Positions 52,062-64,000 of a stretch of 64,000 bases of DNA are shown here, one piece after another. The stretch is from assembly GCA_951406725.2 (NCBI GenBank), contig OX597814.1, forward strand, positions 196,602,001 to 196,666,000. The letters are read 5' to 3'. The notes below the pieces were generated by a model. That model was not told where the DNA came from, ran no database searches, and was given only the letters and a program-made list of their open reading frames with translations. The position numbers were made by a program, and so were the translations under genes. Numbering within the stretch: position 1 is the stretch's first letter; the number at the start of each line of letters is the position of its first letter. The DNA comes from Octopus vulgaris. Lineage: Eukaryota.

Positions 52062-53619
52062 AAATATATGTGTTTAGTTCAGAGGTGATCCAAATGCCTC
52101 GGTACGCTTGGCAAATGCTGTAACGGATTACCACGGCTCCAAGCTTGTAGCCGAGCCGGGAGTTATGGAACCATTTTTACATTTCTGATATTGCGGATAT
52201 ATAATTGTTAAAGAGGACAACAAAATTTAGAGCAAGACAAACCTCTCAAATCATATACGCTATTATTATTGGAAAATTTCAATTTTTTACACCTGTTCCT
52301 GGGATATCGGCGAAAATGGGATATTCCGTCATCGGAGAAAAAATGAGAAAATGAGAAGGGTATAGATTAATGAAATGACAACATAGCGGACGGAAGAAAA
52401 GGAATAACGAGATGAAGAAAAAAGAAGCATAAAACTTCAGATTTTAACTTTCCGATCGTGTTGATGTTAGTCCATAAGTCTTGAGATGCAATTCTGTGAA
52501 AATCCATGAACGTTAAAGTCTTAATAGTGTAAATATCCAGAAAAAGACGCGAATGTATCGAAGTTCCTTAAGAGAATGGTAGCGAAGATGGTTATTAAGG
52601 GGCAAATAGAAAGAAAAAATAGAGAGAGGTAAAGAGAGTGAGGGAGGAAAAGAAGGATTGGTATTAAGGATAAAATAACGTATATAAGAATATAGTGTAC
52701 AAAAATAACTAAGAAGATAAATAAATAAACAAATAAACTTATAAGGATAAATAAGGGTACAAAGAAGACATTCGCAACAATTCCATTCTAATTAAAGACT
52801 TATAGGGACACCGTAGAATATTGAATACTTTTATAAGTCAATATTGTGTTCTACTGTGTTAGCAGTGCTATTACATCATTTGTGAAGTTATTCCAACAGG
52901 TATTCTATAAAAATTATTAACCTGCATTGATTTTATTGCGCTGTGTCTTGTCTGCGATATCTAACATAAACAATGACAATGAGATCGAGGATGACAATTC
53001 CAGTTTAGTTTCCAGATATGAGTATACTAAATAGTTATGACTGGACTCACTTTCATCGTATTCTCTTGCTATTATCACAACCATCGTTGTTGTCATCGTC
53101 ATCGTCATCATCATCCTCATCAGTATCATCTTCATCACCTTCATGATGGACGCTTTGCAATACATTTGAGTAAGTATTTCTTGTCATAACGTCTGAATAG
53201 AATCTGGTTGCTGGAATTTGTGAAATTTATCTGAAATTATTCTTTATTTGATACATAAAACTCCATCGTCGAGTTTAACGGCTTTATATAACATGCCGTT
53301 GCTTCTCTTCTAAGTTTTTCAGTTCCAAGAATTCGGGCTGTTTCCTGCTCGAATCTACGCTCCTAAATTTTTCCAGCACCATAATTTCAAGTCTTAAAAA
53401 GCCTTTAAAAGATTATGGATGATGATATTCGACGTTTAATTTTAAGCCATTCTGGAAGATATTGTTTTTACGAGGCGGAGTAGAAATGATCTCTTCCTCG
53501 GAATTAGCGGAAGAAAAATGCTATCGTGGAAAATCACATGTGAGGTTCGGAGACATCTTGAACCGACAAAACTTGACACTCTCTGTCAATCATACAACTA
53601 AAGATGATAGTAAATGTTA

Positions 53620-53912
53620 CCTTGAATGCAAATTTTTTGAGCCGGACAGAGAATGAGTTTCGGATTCATCAGATGAGGAACTGTAGATTAGCAACCAGCC
53701 CCATAGTACGGCAGACTATACCACGTAGAGAGTATTTGTCAATCCTACAAATAAAAATGTTAGAAATTGTTGCAACAGAGGGATCTGTGATACCTTGAAC
53801 GCGAATTCTTTGAGCCAGATTGACAGAGAACGAGTTTCAGACACATTAGATGAAGAAGTGTAGACTAGCGACCAGCCCTATAGTACGACACATTATATCA
53901 CGTAGAGAGTAT
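53620..53912. repeat. Diverged direct repeat, ~115-bp units about 174 bp apart
   Basis: CTTGAA.GC.AATT.TTTGAGCC..GACAGAGAA.GAGTTTC..CACGTAGAGAGTATT occurs twice. Confidence 0.8.
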
Positions 53913-54039
53913 TAATGAATTTTCTCGTGAAATATGGCTATCTATAGTCACCGAACAGGATATACGAGAGGAAGAGGAAACAAAAGTAAAGAAGGTGAAT
54001 GCCACAACGACGAATACAACGACATGGAAATTATTTTAT

Positions 54040-54245
54040 TCTTTTACTTGTTTCAATCATTTGACTGCGGCCATGCTGGAGTATCCCCTTTAAGTATTTT
54101 TGTCGGGCAATTCGACCCCAGGACATATTTTCAAGTCAAGTACTTATTATATCGTTCTCTTTGCCAAACTAACTACTAATACGGTTAATGTAAACATACC
54201 GGCACCGGTTGTCAAGCGATGATGGGAACAAATACAGACACATAG
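54040..54245 (-). mobile_element. SINE family A 3' half, diverged
   Basis: CTTTTACTTGTTTCAATCATTTGACTGCGGCCATGCTGGAG..CGGTTGTCAAGCGATG. Confidence 0.8.
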
Positions 54246-54309
54246 ATACACACATAGATACATAACTATATATATATATATACACATGTATGTATGTATA
54301 TATGTATAT

Positions 54310-54351
<42 letters not shown>

Positions 54352-54514
54352 GAAATATTAAAATTCCTAAGTCTCTCTAAAGACGACTACGGCGGCAGTA
54401 CTGGATATTAATAGTTATCGCCAAACTAATATGGAAGTCAAGAAATATAGGACGAATTCTACCGTTTATTAGCTCCAATAGGCCATCGCTTCTAGCTAGC
54501 TATGTGACACACGA

Positions 54515-54720
54515 ACCAGCAGTTTCGTGGGGAGGGAGACGTCGGTTACGTCGTCTCCAATCCTCAACTGGAACTTATTTTATCGACACAGAAAGGATGG
54601 AAAGCAAAGGGTGGAAAGTAAAGTCGACATCAGCGGAAATTGAGCTCAGAAACTAAAGACGGGCTAAAAGCCGCTGAGAATTTGACCCGGTGTGCTAACG
54701 GGTCTGCCAGTTCGCCGCCT
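54515..54720 (-). mobile_element. SINE family B, diverged
   Basis: TATCGACAC.GAAAGGATG..AAGTCGAC..TCTGCCAGTTCGCCGCCTT. Confidence 0.75.
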
Positions 54721-54818
54721 TAAATTTTGACTCGATATCGAAAGATAGATAGATAGATAGAGAGGGACGCCATGATAGATCGTTAGCTCCTACACGCATT
54801 TTTTTCTCTCCTTGTTTT

Positions 54819-54852
54819 TTTCTGTTGAAGAGCGCAGGCTCGAAACGTAAAA
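54819..54852 (+). ncRNA. Hammerhead-like motif with variant core
   Basis: UUU-CUGUUGA-A-GAGC(GCAG)GCUC-GAA-ACGU-A-AAA; A6>U and a weak helix I. Confidence 0.4.
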
Positions 54853-54952
54853 TACTTTTTCCATTTCTATTCTTGAGCGCTATACTAATACATTTGTTTG
54901 TTTGTACTCCACCTTGCCTTCGTCTTTTGTTTATTTTCGTAAACTTTCCCGT

Positions 54953-55026
<74 letters not shown>

Positions 55027-56180
55027 GATGGATCGAACGGATAGAGTGGGGAAGTGGGAGGAAGGCAGAGAAGTATAAAGGGAGAGAGAGCAAAATGGAA
55101 AGTGATACTCTCTAAAATGTTTAACTATTTTACTAAACATACTTTACGAAAGTACGTAGAGATATCCAGCTTTCACCTTCTTTTCTATGGAGTCAAAGGT
55201 GTTGGCCTCTAAGTGGTCACTCGACCAACAACAAATCATAGTCTAAGCTCCATTACATCATACCCTATTGTCTTACATAACATGGAACGTATTAAATAAG
55301 TAGTTTTAAATACATTATTTTTGGAAAATATATCAGAAAGTCATGAAAGATAGACTGTTTGTCCTATGTCAGCTACATCGGAATCGACCACGGACTACAC
55401 AATAGTAACATGTAGTGCCATGTCTGTTAAATTATAATTTTATATTTTTAAGTTGCACACCGTTAAAGAGGAATAAGGTTTCTCTGAAATGCGTATCACG
55501 TGTCCTAGAAAGATTTCTTACCTGATAAAAATTTTTGTTCTTACATCGTTCTTCTTCCAACAGAAAAAATAACCATGAAAATTACACAAATTAAAATGGT
55601 CATTATTCCAAACCAAAGTAGGAAACATATCGTAATAGCATATTAAAACTTCCGTATAAAACATTTTTTTTTTCATTCATAAGTGAAATTTACTATTAAG
55701 TGAATATTTTCAAAAAGTGTATCCGTTTTAGTTTTATTGTCCTTAAATTAAAAGAAGAAATATTAAATTTTTAACTTCGAAAATTAAAAACAAATATAAA
55801 AATCTGGATTCATTTATTTAAAACAACTTTATTAATATCGATATTTTGCAAATAGTTATTGAAAATGCACGAAGAAGCTCTTGTGTCCGCTGAGTGAGAA
55901 ATTTAATATAGTTGTAAACCGTAATATAGAAATTTCTGAATAAATACGGCAATCTTTTGTCTGTTTATTAATACGGCAATTTGATAGACAAATTTTGAAT
56001 AAAGCAACATACTTGTGTAAACTAGAAGTGTCTCTATATATGGAAATTTGGTGTCGTATTAAAAAAAAAGATGCTTACATGGAAATACCACACGCTTCAA
56101 CTGCCTAATTCATTCCTGTATACATACTTTGCAATGTTTCCATAAGAGCTTAATGAAAATTATATATTATTCATTATATA

Positions 56181-56350
56181 GCCGCTGGCGTGGTAGTGTG
56201 GTAAGAAGTTTGTTCCGCAACCACATAGTTCTGGGTTCAGTCCCACTGCGTGACACCTTGGGCAAGTGCTTTCTATAAATTGGGCCAAAGCTTAATAGAA
56301 GCCCTGTGGATGGATTCAGCTGCAGACGGAAATTGAAAGAATCCATTCGT
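56181..56350 (+). mobile_element. SINE family A 5' half
   Basis: GTGTGGTAAG..GGGTTCAGTCCCACTGCGTGACACCTTGGGCAAGTG; ends in (TG)n. Confidence 0.8.
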
Positions 56351-56357
56351 GTGTGTC

Positions 56358-56434
<77 letters not shown>

Positions 56435-56436
<2 letters not shown>

Positions 56437-56845
56437 GGCGGCTTGATGGCAGACGTGTTAGCACGCCGGGCGAAATGCTTAGCGGTGTTTCGCCTGTCTT
56501 AACGTTCTGAGTTCAAATATCGCCGAGGTCGACTTTGCCTTTCATCCTTTCGAGGTCGATAAATTAAGTACCAGCTGCGTACGGGGGACGATTTAATCAA
56601 TTGGCCCCCTCCTCCTCCAAAATCGAGCCTTGTACCTAAAGTAGAAAAGAATCGTTAGCACGCCAGGCAAAATGTTTAACCGTATTTCGGCCGTCATTAT
56701 GTTCTGAGTTCACATCCAACAGAGGTTAACCTTACCTTTCATCCCATTCGAGGTTGATAAGATAAGTACTAGTTGAACTCTGGGGTCCATGTTATCTATT
56801 TAAACCTTCATCCCGAAATTGCTGGCCTTGTGCCAAAAAATTGAA
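56435..56845 (+). mobile_element. SINE family B dimer
   Basis: Second unit restarts at AGAATCGTTAGCACGCC (about 56648). Confidence 0.85.
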
Positions 56846-56944
56846 ATCTATATATGTGAGTGCGTGTGTTTGTGTGTGTGTGTGTGTATTATGTCGCCCG
56901 GCAGACAAAAGCTTGTTGCTTTTTCCTGTCCAAACGTGGTTTCT

Positions 56945-57150
56945 AATCTTTGGCGGAAGGCCAGCAGTTTCGGGTTAGGAGGGAAATCGCTTATGTCGTC
57001 TGCAGTTTTCAAATGTTAATTATTTCATCGAAGTCGAAAAGATGAAATGCAAAGTTGACCTGGTGGGATTTTGAACACAAAAAGTGAAAGTAGACGAAAT
57101 ACCGCCAAGCATTTTGCCTGGCGTGCTAACGATTCTACCAGCTCCCCGTC
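56945..57150 (-). mobile_element. SINE family B, diverged
   Basis: AAAGATGAAATGCAAAGTTGACC..GACGAAATACCGCCAAGCATTT..GCGTGCTAACG. Confidence 0.75.
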
Positions 57151-57235
57151 TTATAATAGCTAATATATCAAAAATATATTTGTGATTGAAGTGTACAGAG
57201 GAATTAATTTTTGAGAAATACTATATGTATATTTA

Positions 57236-57627
57236 TTTCTTTATTACCCACACGGAGTAAACATAGAGGGGACAAACAAGGACAGACAAAGGGATTAACT
57301 CGATTACATCGATCCCAGTGCGTAACTTGTATTTATTTAATCGACTCCGAAAGGATGAAAAGGAAAGTCGACCTTGTTGGAATTTGAACTCAGAACCTAA
57401 CGGCAGACGATACCTATTTCTTTACTACCCACAAGGGGCTAAACACAGAGGAGACAAACAAGGACAGACAAACGGATTAAGTCGATTATATCGACCCCAG
57501 TGCGTAACTGGTACTTAATTTATCGACCTCGAAAGGATGAAAGGCAAAGTCGACATCGGCGGAATTTGAACTCAAAACGTAACGGCAGACGAAATACGGC
57601 TACGCATTTCTGCCAGCTCGCCGCCTT
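57236..57627 (-). mobile_element. SINE family B dimer
   Basis: Two units, junction ATACC|TATTTCTTT at about 57415. Confidence 0.9.
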
Positions 57628-58236
57628 ACAATATCAAATGTATCATATATTTATTTGTAATCGATGTGTACGGAGAAATAAACTTTTGAGGAATACTACA
57701 TTTATACCGACCACTATATATTAACAATGTAAACCTATGTAAAAATATACAGAATTTAACCTCTCTTTCTACATCCTTTACACCAAATAGAATTTAATGC
57801 ATTCTGATATCAAGCAACAACTGAAATATAATGGACAATATGAATCTTCTGAGATTTATTACAACGCTGAAAATGTGTTTACGTACATCTGTATTTTCAT
57901 TCCAGGCTATTTGAACACCGAATTTGACAAATGAATCAGACTTCGATAAATTCCAGTGGATAAAAGCCAAAGCAAAAGCTCTTTGTTTTCAAGATTATCA
58001 TGTGTATTGTTGCTGCCTTTAGTATTACCAAAAGCCACCTCTCACTAATTTTCTATATTCTACTGCTTTTAGTATTCTGACTCCTACAAACAACAATACG
58101 TACAATAACACGCTTTGTGTAATAAACTGGTTGAGCATTAACACATCATTACTACAGGTGTATGCTCTAAATTTCTGCCGTTGAATTATAATTGTTCCAA
58201 TTCGTAGTGTTCTGTTTCTAGGTCATAAATAAATGT

Positions 58237-59057
58237 ACGGGGTGATGCTGAAGAGTTCTTGGCTTTGGGTAAGAGATTATGAAGGGGCATCAGTTAATTA
58301 TGATTTCATTCAATATATTCCCCTCTCAGAGGCGGTGAGCTGGCAGAATCGTTAGCACGCCGAGTGAAATACTTACCGGTATTTCGTCTGCTGTTACGTT
58401 CTGAGTTCAAATTCCGCCGAGGTCGACTTTGCCTTTCATCCTTTCGGGGTCGGTAAATTAAGTATCCGTTACGCATTGGTGTCGATATAATCGACTTAAT
58501 CCGTTTGTCTGTCCTTCTTTGTCCCCTCTGTGTTTAGCCCCCTTGTGGGTAGTAAAGAAATAGGTATTTCGTCTGCCACTACGTTCTGATTTCAAATTCC
58601 GCCGAGGTCGATTTTGCCTTTCATCCTTTTGGGGTCGAGTAAGTAAGTACCAGTTACGCACTGGGGTCGATATAATCGACTTAATCCGTCTGTCTGTCCT
58701 TGTTTGTCTCTTCTGAATTTAGCCCCTTGTGGGTAGTGAAGAAATAAGTATTTCGTCTAACGTTACGTTCTGAGTTCAAATTCCGCTGAAGCCGACTTTT
58801 CCTTTCATCCTTTCGGGGTCGACCAAATAATTACCAGTTAACACACTTAATCCCTTTGTTTCTCCTTGTTTGTCCCCTCTACTTTTAGCCCCCCGTGGGC
58901 AATAAAGAAATGAATATATTCCTCTCTTAGATTTACACACTTATTGCCGTGATCCCTCAGTATTTCTAAGCCCTGTAAAAGAACTCTGAAGGTTGGACCT
59001 CCAGCCAGGCCTTTCGCGAGACCCTTAAAGCCAGGAAATTTCCAGCGCATCCTGTGT
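58237..59057 (-). mobile_element. Mariner-derived MITE interrupted by a SINE B
   Basis: TACGGGGTGATGCTGAAGAGTTCTTGGC and GCCAGGAAATTTCCAGC ends; reverse-complement homolog of 59281-59501. Confidence 0.75.
58331..58910 (+). mobile_element. SINE family B trimer with 19-bp target-site duplication
   Basis: AATATATTCCCCTCTCAGA (58312-58330) and AATATATTCCTCTCTTAGA (58913-58931), 17/19 identical. Confidence 0.9.
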
Positions 59058-59280
59058 TAATTAATACTTTTAGTGGAAGCTATGTAAATTATGTTTATGT
59101 GTGTGTGTGTGTGTAGACGCAAACATATCAGTGCTTTTAAGAAACTTATATACCATTACGTAGTCTGTAGTTCAATGTCACTGTGCGGCACTCTGGGCAA
59201 GTGTATTTTATAGCCCCAAGCTAATTACTGCTTTGAGCGTCCATTTAGGAGACAGAAACTGTGGAAATCAGTCATATATA

Positions 59281-59501
59281 TACGAGGGAGTGCTGAAAAT
59301 TTTCTGGCATTAAGGGAGTCGCAAAAGCCCGTGCTGGAAGCTCAACCTTCCGGGTGCTTTTGCAGGGCTTAGAAAAACTGGAGGACTGCTGCAATAAGTG
59401 TGTGAATCTGAGAAGGGAATATGTTGAATAAAATCATAATTAGCTGATCCTCCTACATTTATTTTTACCAAAAGCCAGGAAATTTTCAGCCACCCCCTCA
59501 T
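59281..59501 (+). mobile_element. Mariner-derived MITE
   Basis: TIRs TACGAGGGAGTGCTGAAAATTTTCTGGC and GCCAGGAAATTTTCAGCCACCCCCTCATA; retains a mariner C-terminus KLEDCCNKCVNLRREYVE*. Confidence 0.8.
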
Positions 59502-60616
59502 ATATATTTACATATATATATATGAGCATATGTGTGCATCATGTGTTTGTATTCGTGCCAAACAGCACTTGAGAACCGGTGCTGTTTTATTTACATCCAC
59601 ATAGCTTAGTATTTCGGCAGGAGAACGATATAAATGAGACTGTAAAAATGCGAATTGCGAACGATTTACTCGATTTAATCCTTCTAATAAAAGGTGTGGG
59701 TGTGTGTTCCTGTGTGTATGCGTGTGTGTCTGTGTATGTACGGGTGCACGTATGCGTATGCTTGTGTGTGTGTCTCTCTTTACATATATATATAAGAGAC
59801 TTTGTATGTATTTGTGAGCGAATATGTGCTCGCGCGCAAGCGTATGTTCCCTATGCATTCCAATTCTCTACATCCGTAAGTCTAGGTCATTTTGGAGGTA
59901 ATGTTAGGATTTCATTCTAATCTAAGCTACCATTCTATATGTCTCTGGTGTCAACAATTTCTGCGTTGTTCATCACAAAACGAGCGGAAAACGTTTATAA
60001 AGAAAAGCTTCATACTCCTCAGGCCCCGATTCTGCCCTTAAAATGAAGCAAATAATACAATGTGAACACACGGCATTGCCGGGATGCATTGCTACTTTGT
60101 ATTTTATTTTGCATTTGTATCGTTTTTACGTCCTGTTTTTGTCACATGTTTTTCTTGTCTGTTTTTGCCCCTATGCGAGGCAATTTTATTTTAATTCTCT
60201 CGCAATGAAGGACTAGTTGACGAGTCGTGTCCTGTTTTATCCTTCGAAACACGCTTGGGTTAGCTAGAAACAGCTGATGAACTGGGGATTTTTCCTGTGT
60301 GCTTTGTCCTGTACCTTGTTTTTCTGTTGTAAAAAATAATGTTTTTCCCGTTTCTGTTTCGTCTCTGTTTTTTTGTTGTAAAAATATGGCTTGTCCGTTT
60401 TCGTTTTTCGTTGAGTTCTACGTCTAGTTGCAGTGTCCTGTACTCACGTATATATATTTATATATACATGTATATATACATGTAGATGTAGGTACGTACA
60501 TATATGTTTCTATGCATGCATATATTTTATTTATTACATTATTGTCTGACAGCGCGTTCGCGTCAGGGTCGATTCGATTCGTCGTTTCTTTCCACTTTCC
60601 TTCCTCCCAGTTTTGT

Positions 60617-60725
<109 letters not shown>

Positions 60726-60855
60726 TAGTAGTAGTAGCAATGCATAAACATATATATATATAAAGTTAATCCAAACAAGAAAACAAAAAAACACAACAAC
60801 GCAAGGACGTGGAACAAATATAATTGGACGCTCAGGAAAGAAGGGAAGAAGGAGG

Positions 60856-60890
60856 GTTTAACGTTTCGAGCGGAGCTCTTCGTCGGAAAC
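60856..60890 (-). ncRNA. Minimal hammerhead motif, U4>C core variant
   Basis: GUUU-CCGACGA-A-GAGC(UCC)GCUC-GAA-ACGU-U-AAAC, inside a ~200-bp unit bounded by (TA)n. Confidence 0.55.
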
Positions 60891-60957
60891 ATAGGAGAAG
60901 GAAAGATCCCGAGAAGGGAAGACAGACGAAAAAAATCGCCAGTGGTACTCACGAGGT

Positions 60958-61005
<48 letters not shown>

Positions 61006-62295
61006 TATATATGGCTTTTAAAGTTGGTGCCTCATATATATAAACTCACAACACATAGTCCGGCCGATATTTTCCAATGGTTACTGGAAGTTGGAATGAA
61101 CCACAAATCATGTGGATGCTTCTTTATCTCACACCCATTCCTGGGCCTATAAAACTAAACGTTTCCAAAGGTCACTAATCCCTAACCAGACTTGACATTG
61201 TGAAAACGTCGGTGATCACTAGCGTTTTCACTGTAATATTACGGAAAGCAATTTAAATGAAACAATGTTAAAAACAAGACAAGGAAATGCATTTATGTCA
61301 CACGTTTTGTGCTAAACCTCTTCTGTGCGGTGGGAAATATTAACATTGCAAACACTGAAAAATACGTTTAATAAAGATTTGTTGGCGTCCAAGGAATTCC
61401 GGTGGAATCTGGTCTCTCAGCTATAGACTCTGTTCCATTGCATAATTCAAGTGAAAAGAGCTTAAGAGAAAGAGAAGATGTATCATCTACCAATACTAAT
61501 TATCTTCTAGATCTGTCATTTCACTTAGTCTTTTGAAAACATACCTACGCGAACTGATCGCACACCGCCACAACATACACACACGGTTGCTATGTAGAGT
61601 ATAAGCTATCAAACTTTCCTAGTACCATCACTCCGCAAACACAGTTGCACAAATACTTAAAACCTACATCAATCATTCAGAAATGGTGAAATAAAAACAG
61701 AACAGAATTCAAGTGGCAGCAACTGAATTCTCTGTCACACTTCTTACCTGCAAAGCAAGTATCAAATATAATCAAACGTTATACTTAGCTATGTTAAACG
61801 TATTCTACACATACTTCACGAAAATATAGTGCGAGTTATTTAGAAAAGTCTTTCATATAATACGCAGCATATGCAAAATAAAGTGTGAAGGTAGTCAAGC
61901 TAAGACCAAATATACTTCGGTCACACAGCTTTGCTGCAGAAAGAAATAGCAATGGTGTGTAAACTATACAGCAGATCTAATATGGACTGTAGGTGTCACG
62001 TCCGGATTTCCCTACAGATAGCTACAGAATGAAAGGAATAAAAGCATTCCAAATGTGATTATCACGTCTGAGGTGCCTTTAAAGGATAAGTTGTGACAAG
62101 TAGGAAGCACTACATAACTTAACGCCATGTAGTCTTTTTAAGATGGTAGTGTGTGACTTGAAGGAGATGAGCCTTCTATTTTCAATAGAACGCTCTCTCT
62201 CTCTCTCTTTCTCTTTCTCTCTCAGCGACAACACTACCACTGACGATATCAATGGCATCTTTATGCATATATATATATGCGTGTGTGTGTGTGTG

Positions 62296-62356
<61 letters not shown>

Positions 62357-62389
62357 TATCCAATCTCTCTCTCTCTCTATCGAGCTATA

Positions 62390-62775
62390 TCTCTCTATAT
62401 ATAAACGGCAGTTTGTCTGTGCGTGTTTCTGTGTGTCTGTTTTCTCGTACCCTCACCCTGACCACGGCTTTCAACCGATTCTGATGAAACTTGACACACA
62501 CATAGCCCAATATCATAATTCAAAACTAACGCAGCGAAAATTTTGAAAAGTTAACCCCAGTTCTGAAAAAAATCGATAAATTCGACATGGGGTCGAGAAT
62601 CAAAAAAAACAAACCACAGACTGTCTAGGGGACGCAACTCAACCTTTTTTACTCTCAAAAAAAAATTTACCATAATTTTTTTTCCATTTTTTTGCTATTT
62701 TTTGGCTATAACTCTCTAAAAATGCTTTATAGTTATTTCCTTACAAACCTGAGCAACGCCGGGCGATACTGCTAG
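62390..62775 (+). mobile_element. Non-autonomous Helitron
   Basis: A|TC start, hairpin CCTGAGCAACGCCGGG, GATACTGCTAG|T end; the 3' terminus is nearly the same as that of 40936-41323 but the interior differs. Confidence 0.8.
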
Positions 62776-62798
62776 TATATATATATATATATATATAA

Positions 62799-62846
62799 TG
62801 CATATATACATTTATATATATTCAAATTATGAACGTATACATATAG

Positions 62847-62893
<47 letters not shown>

Positions 62894-62942
62894 ATATGAA
62901 TACGTTCATCGTAATTTGAATATATATAAATGTATATATGCA
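62799..62942. repeat. Inverted repeat with (TA)n centre
   Basis: 62799-62850 is the reverse complement of 62888-62942 apart from one 3-bp indel and one mismatch. Confidence 0.85.
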
Positions 62943-62950
62943 TGTTTATG

Positions 62951-63041
<91 letters not shown>

Positions 63042-63293
63042 TGTCGAAGGAGATGAATATTCAGTTTCACTAAGCAACATGCTCTACTATATGAATTAAG
63101 CCCTTAAATGTCATTATTTCGACATAATTCGACACTTGTATTTGTGTACGGGTAACAAAGTTGGTGAGTCAGCTTATAAATCATGAAAGTTCCTAATTTT
63201 ATGTACCTTTCTTAGCAATATTATCATGTATATAAGGAAAAACCAGGCGTTCAGGTTATATTATCAAAACCTTTACAGCTTGTACAGCACAAT

Positions 63294-63372
63294 TAACGAC
63301 CGTTTGCACAGCATAGCTAACGACCGTTTGCACAGCATAGCTAACGACCGTTTGCACAGCTTAGCTAACGAC
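63294..63372. repeat. 24-bp tandem repeat x3.3 (TAACGACCGTTTGCACAGCATAGC)
   Basis: Direct reading; one substitution in the third unit. Confidence 0.92.
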
Positions 63373-63474
63373 TGTGTTCTTAATCCTAAATTTTAAATAA
63401 CACCCTTGTAAATTGAATTATAAAACGGTGTTTAATAATGCACCAGCCTAATATAGGTTCCAGATTTTGCAACA

Positions 63475-63665
63475 ATGCCAGCAATTTTGAGGAAGAAGCT
63501 AAGTCGTTTAAATCGACCCAGTGCTCAACTGGTACTTATTTTACCGAGATCGAAAAGATAAAAGGCAAAGTTGGCCTCGGTGGAATTTGAACTCATAACG
63601 TGCAGACAGACGAAATGCCGCTAAGCATTTTATCCCGTGTGCTAAAGATTTTTCCAGCTCACTGC
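63475..63665 (-). mobile_element. SINE family B, diverged
   Basis: CAACTGGTACTTATT..AAAGGCAAAGTTGGCCTCGGTGGAATTTGAACTC..GCTAAGCATTT. Confidence 0.8.
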
Positions 63666-64000
63666 TTTGCACCAACATAATATCAACATTTCTTTCAATC
63701 CTAATGATGCTCATGAAGCCAGATATTATCTCGATATTCTAGATATGTTAAGCTGTGACTACTAAATGAAGCCTCAAATTTTTCTAAGATTTAATCTTAG
63801 ATGCCACTAGTTGTTATTTTAATTCAGTGCAATGCCTCGACGAGAAATACGTCATTGCATTGTTTTACACAAAAAGTTGTGAAACTAATATACTGCGATT
63901 ATCTCGTTGTAGAATATATTGTAAAATATAAAGATTATTCGCAAATGATGGCTGTAAAATTCACCGAAAAAAACATAATAAATCTGTGTGATGGAAATAT

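Noticed and set aside
53655-53680. CTGATGA-ATCC-GAAA on the minus strand
   Set aside because: No helix II, no adjacent helix I pairing, and not conserved in the second repeat unit.
60195-60300. ATGAAGGA..TCCTTCGAAACACG and a nearby CTGATGA
   Set aside because: The parts do not assemble into one hammerhead with paired helix I; the region may be pLTR-like but is unproven.

Overview
Repeat-saturated, AT-rich eukaryotic DNA with no host exon I can support; it is probably intronic or intergenic. The SINE families and the (TA)n/(CA)n/(TAA)n load look like a coleoid cephalopod (Octopus-like), which is an inference. Contents: about 35 copies of three tRNA-derived SINE families, a 5'-truncated (TAA)n-targeting R4/Dong-type RLE retrotransposon with an 809-codon RT-RLE ORF plus a second related 3' end, two CR1-type LINE copies, RTE fossils, several Penelope-like (PLE) RT/GIY-YIG fossils, a mariner pseudogene with two MITEs, and non-autonomous Helitrons. 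The most notable signal not shown by the ORF track is a set of nine minimal type I hammerhead ribozyme motifs with palindromic helix III, found by eye. Three have canonical CUGANGA/GAAA cores, three have the compensatory U3-A8 core (UUGAAAA) and three have other variant cores. Several sit in PLE 3'-end or inverted-repeat structures. Most short ORFs in the track are microsatellite or antisense artefacts. Coordinates of decayed repeats are approximate.
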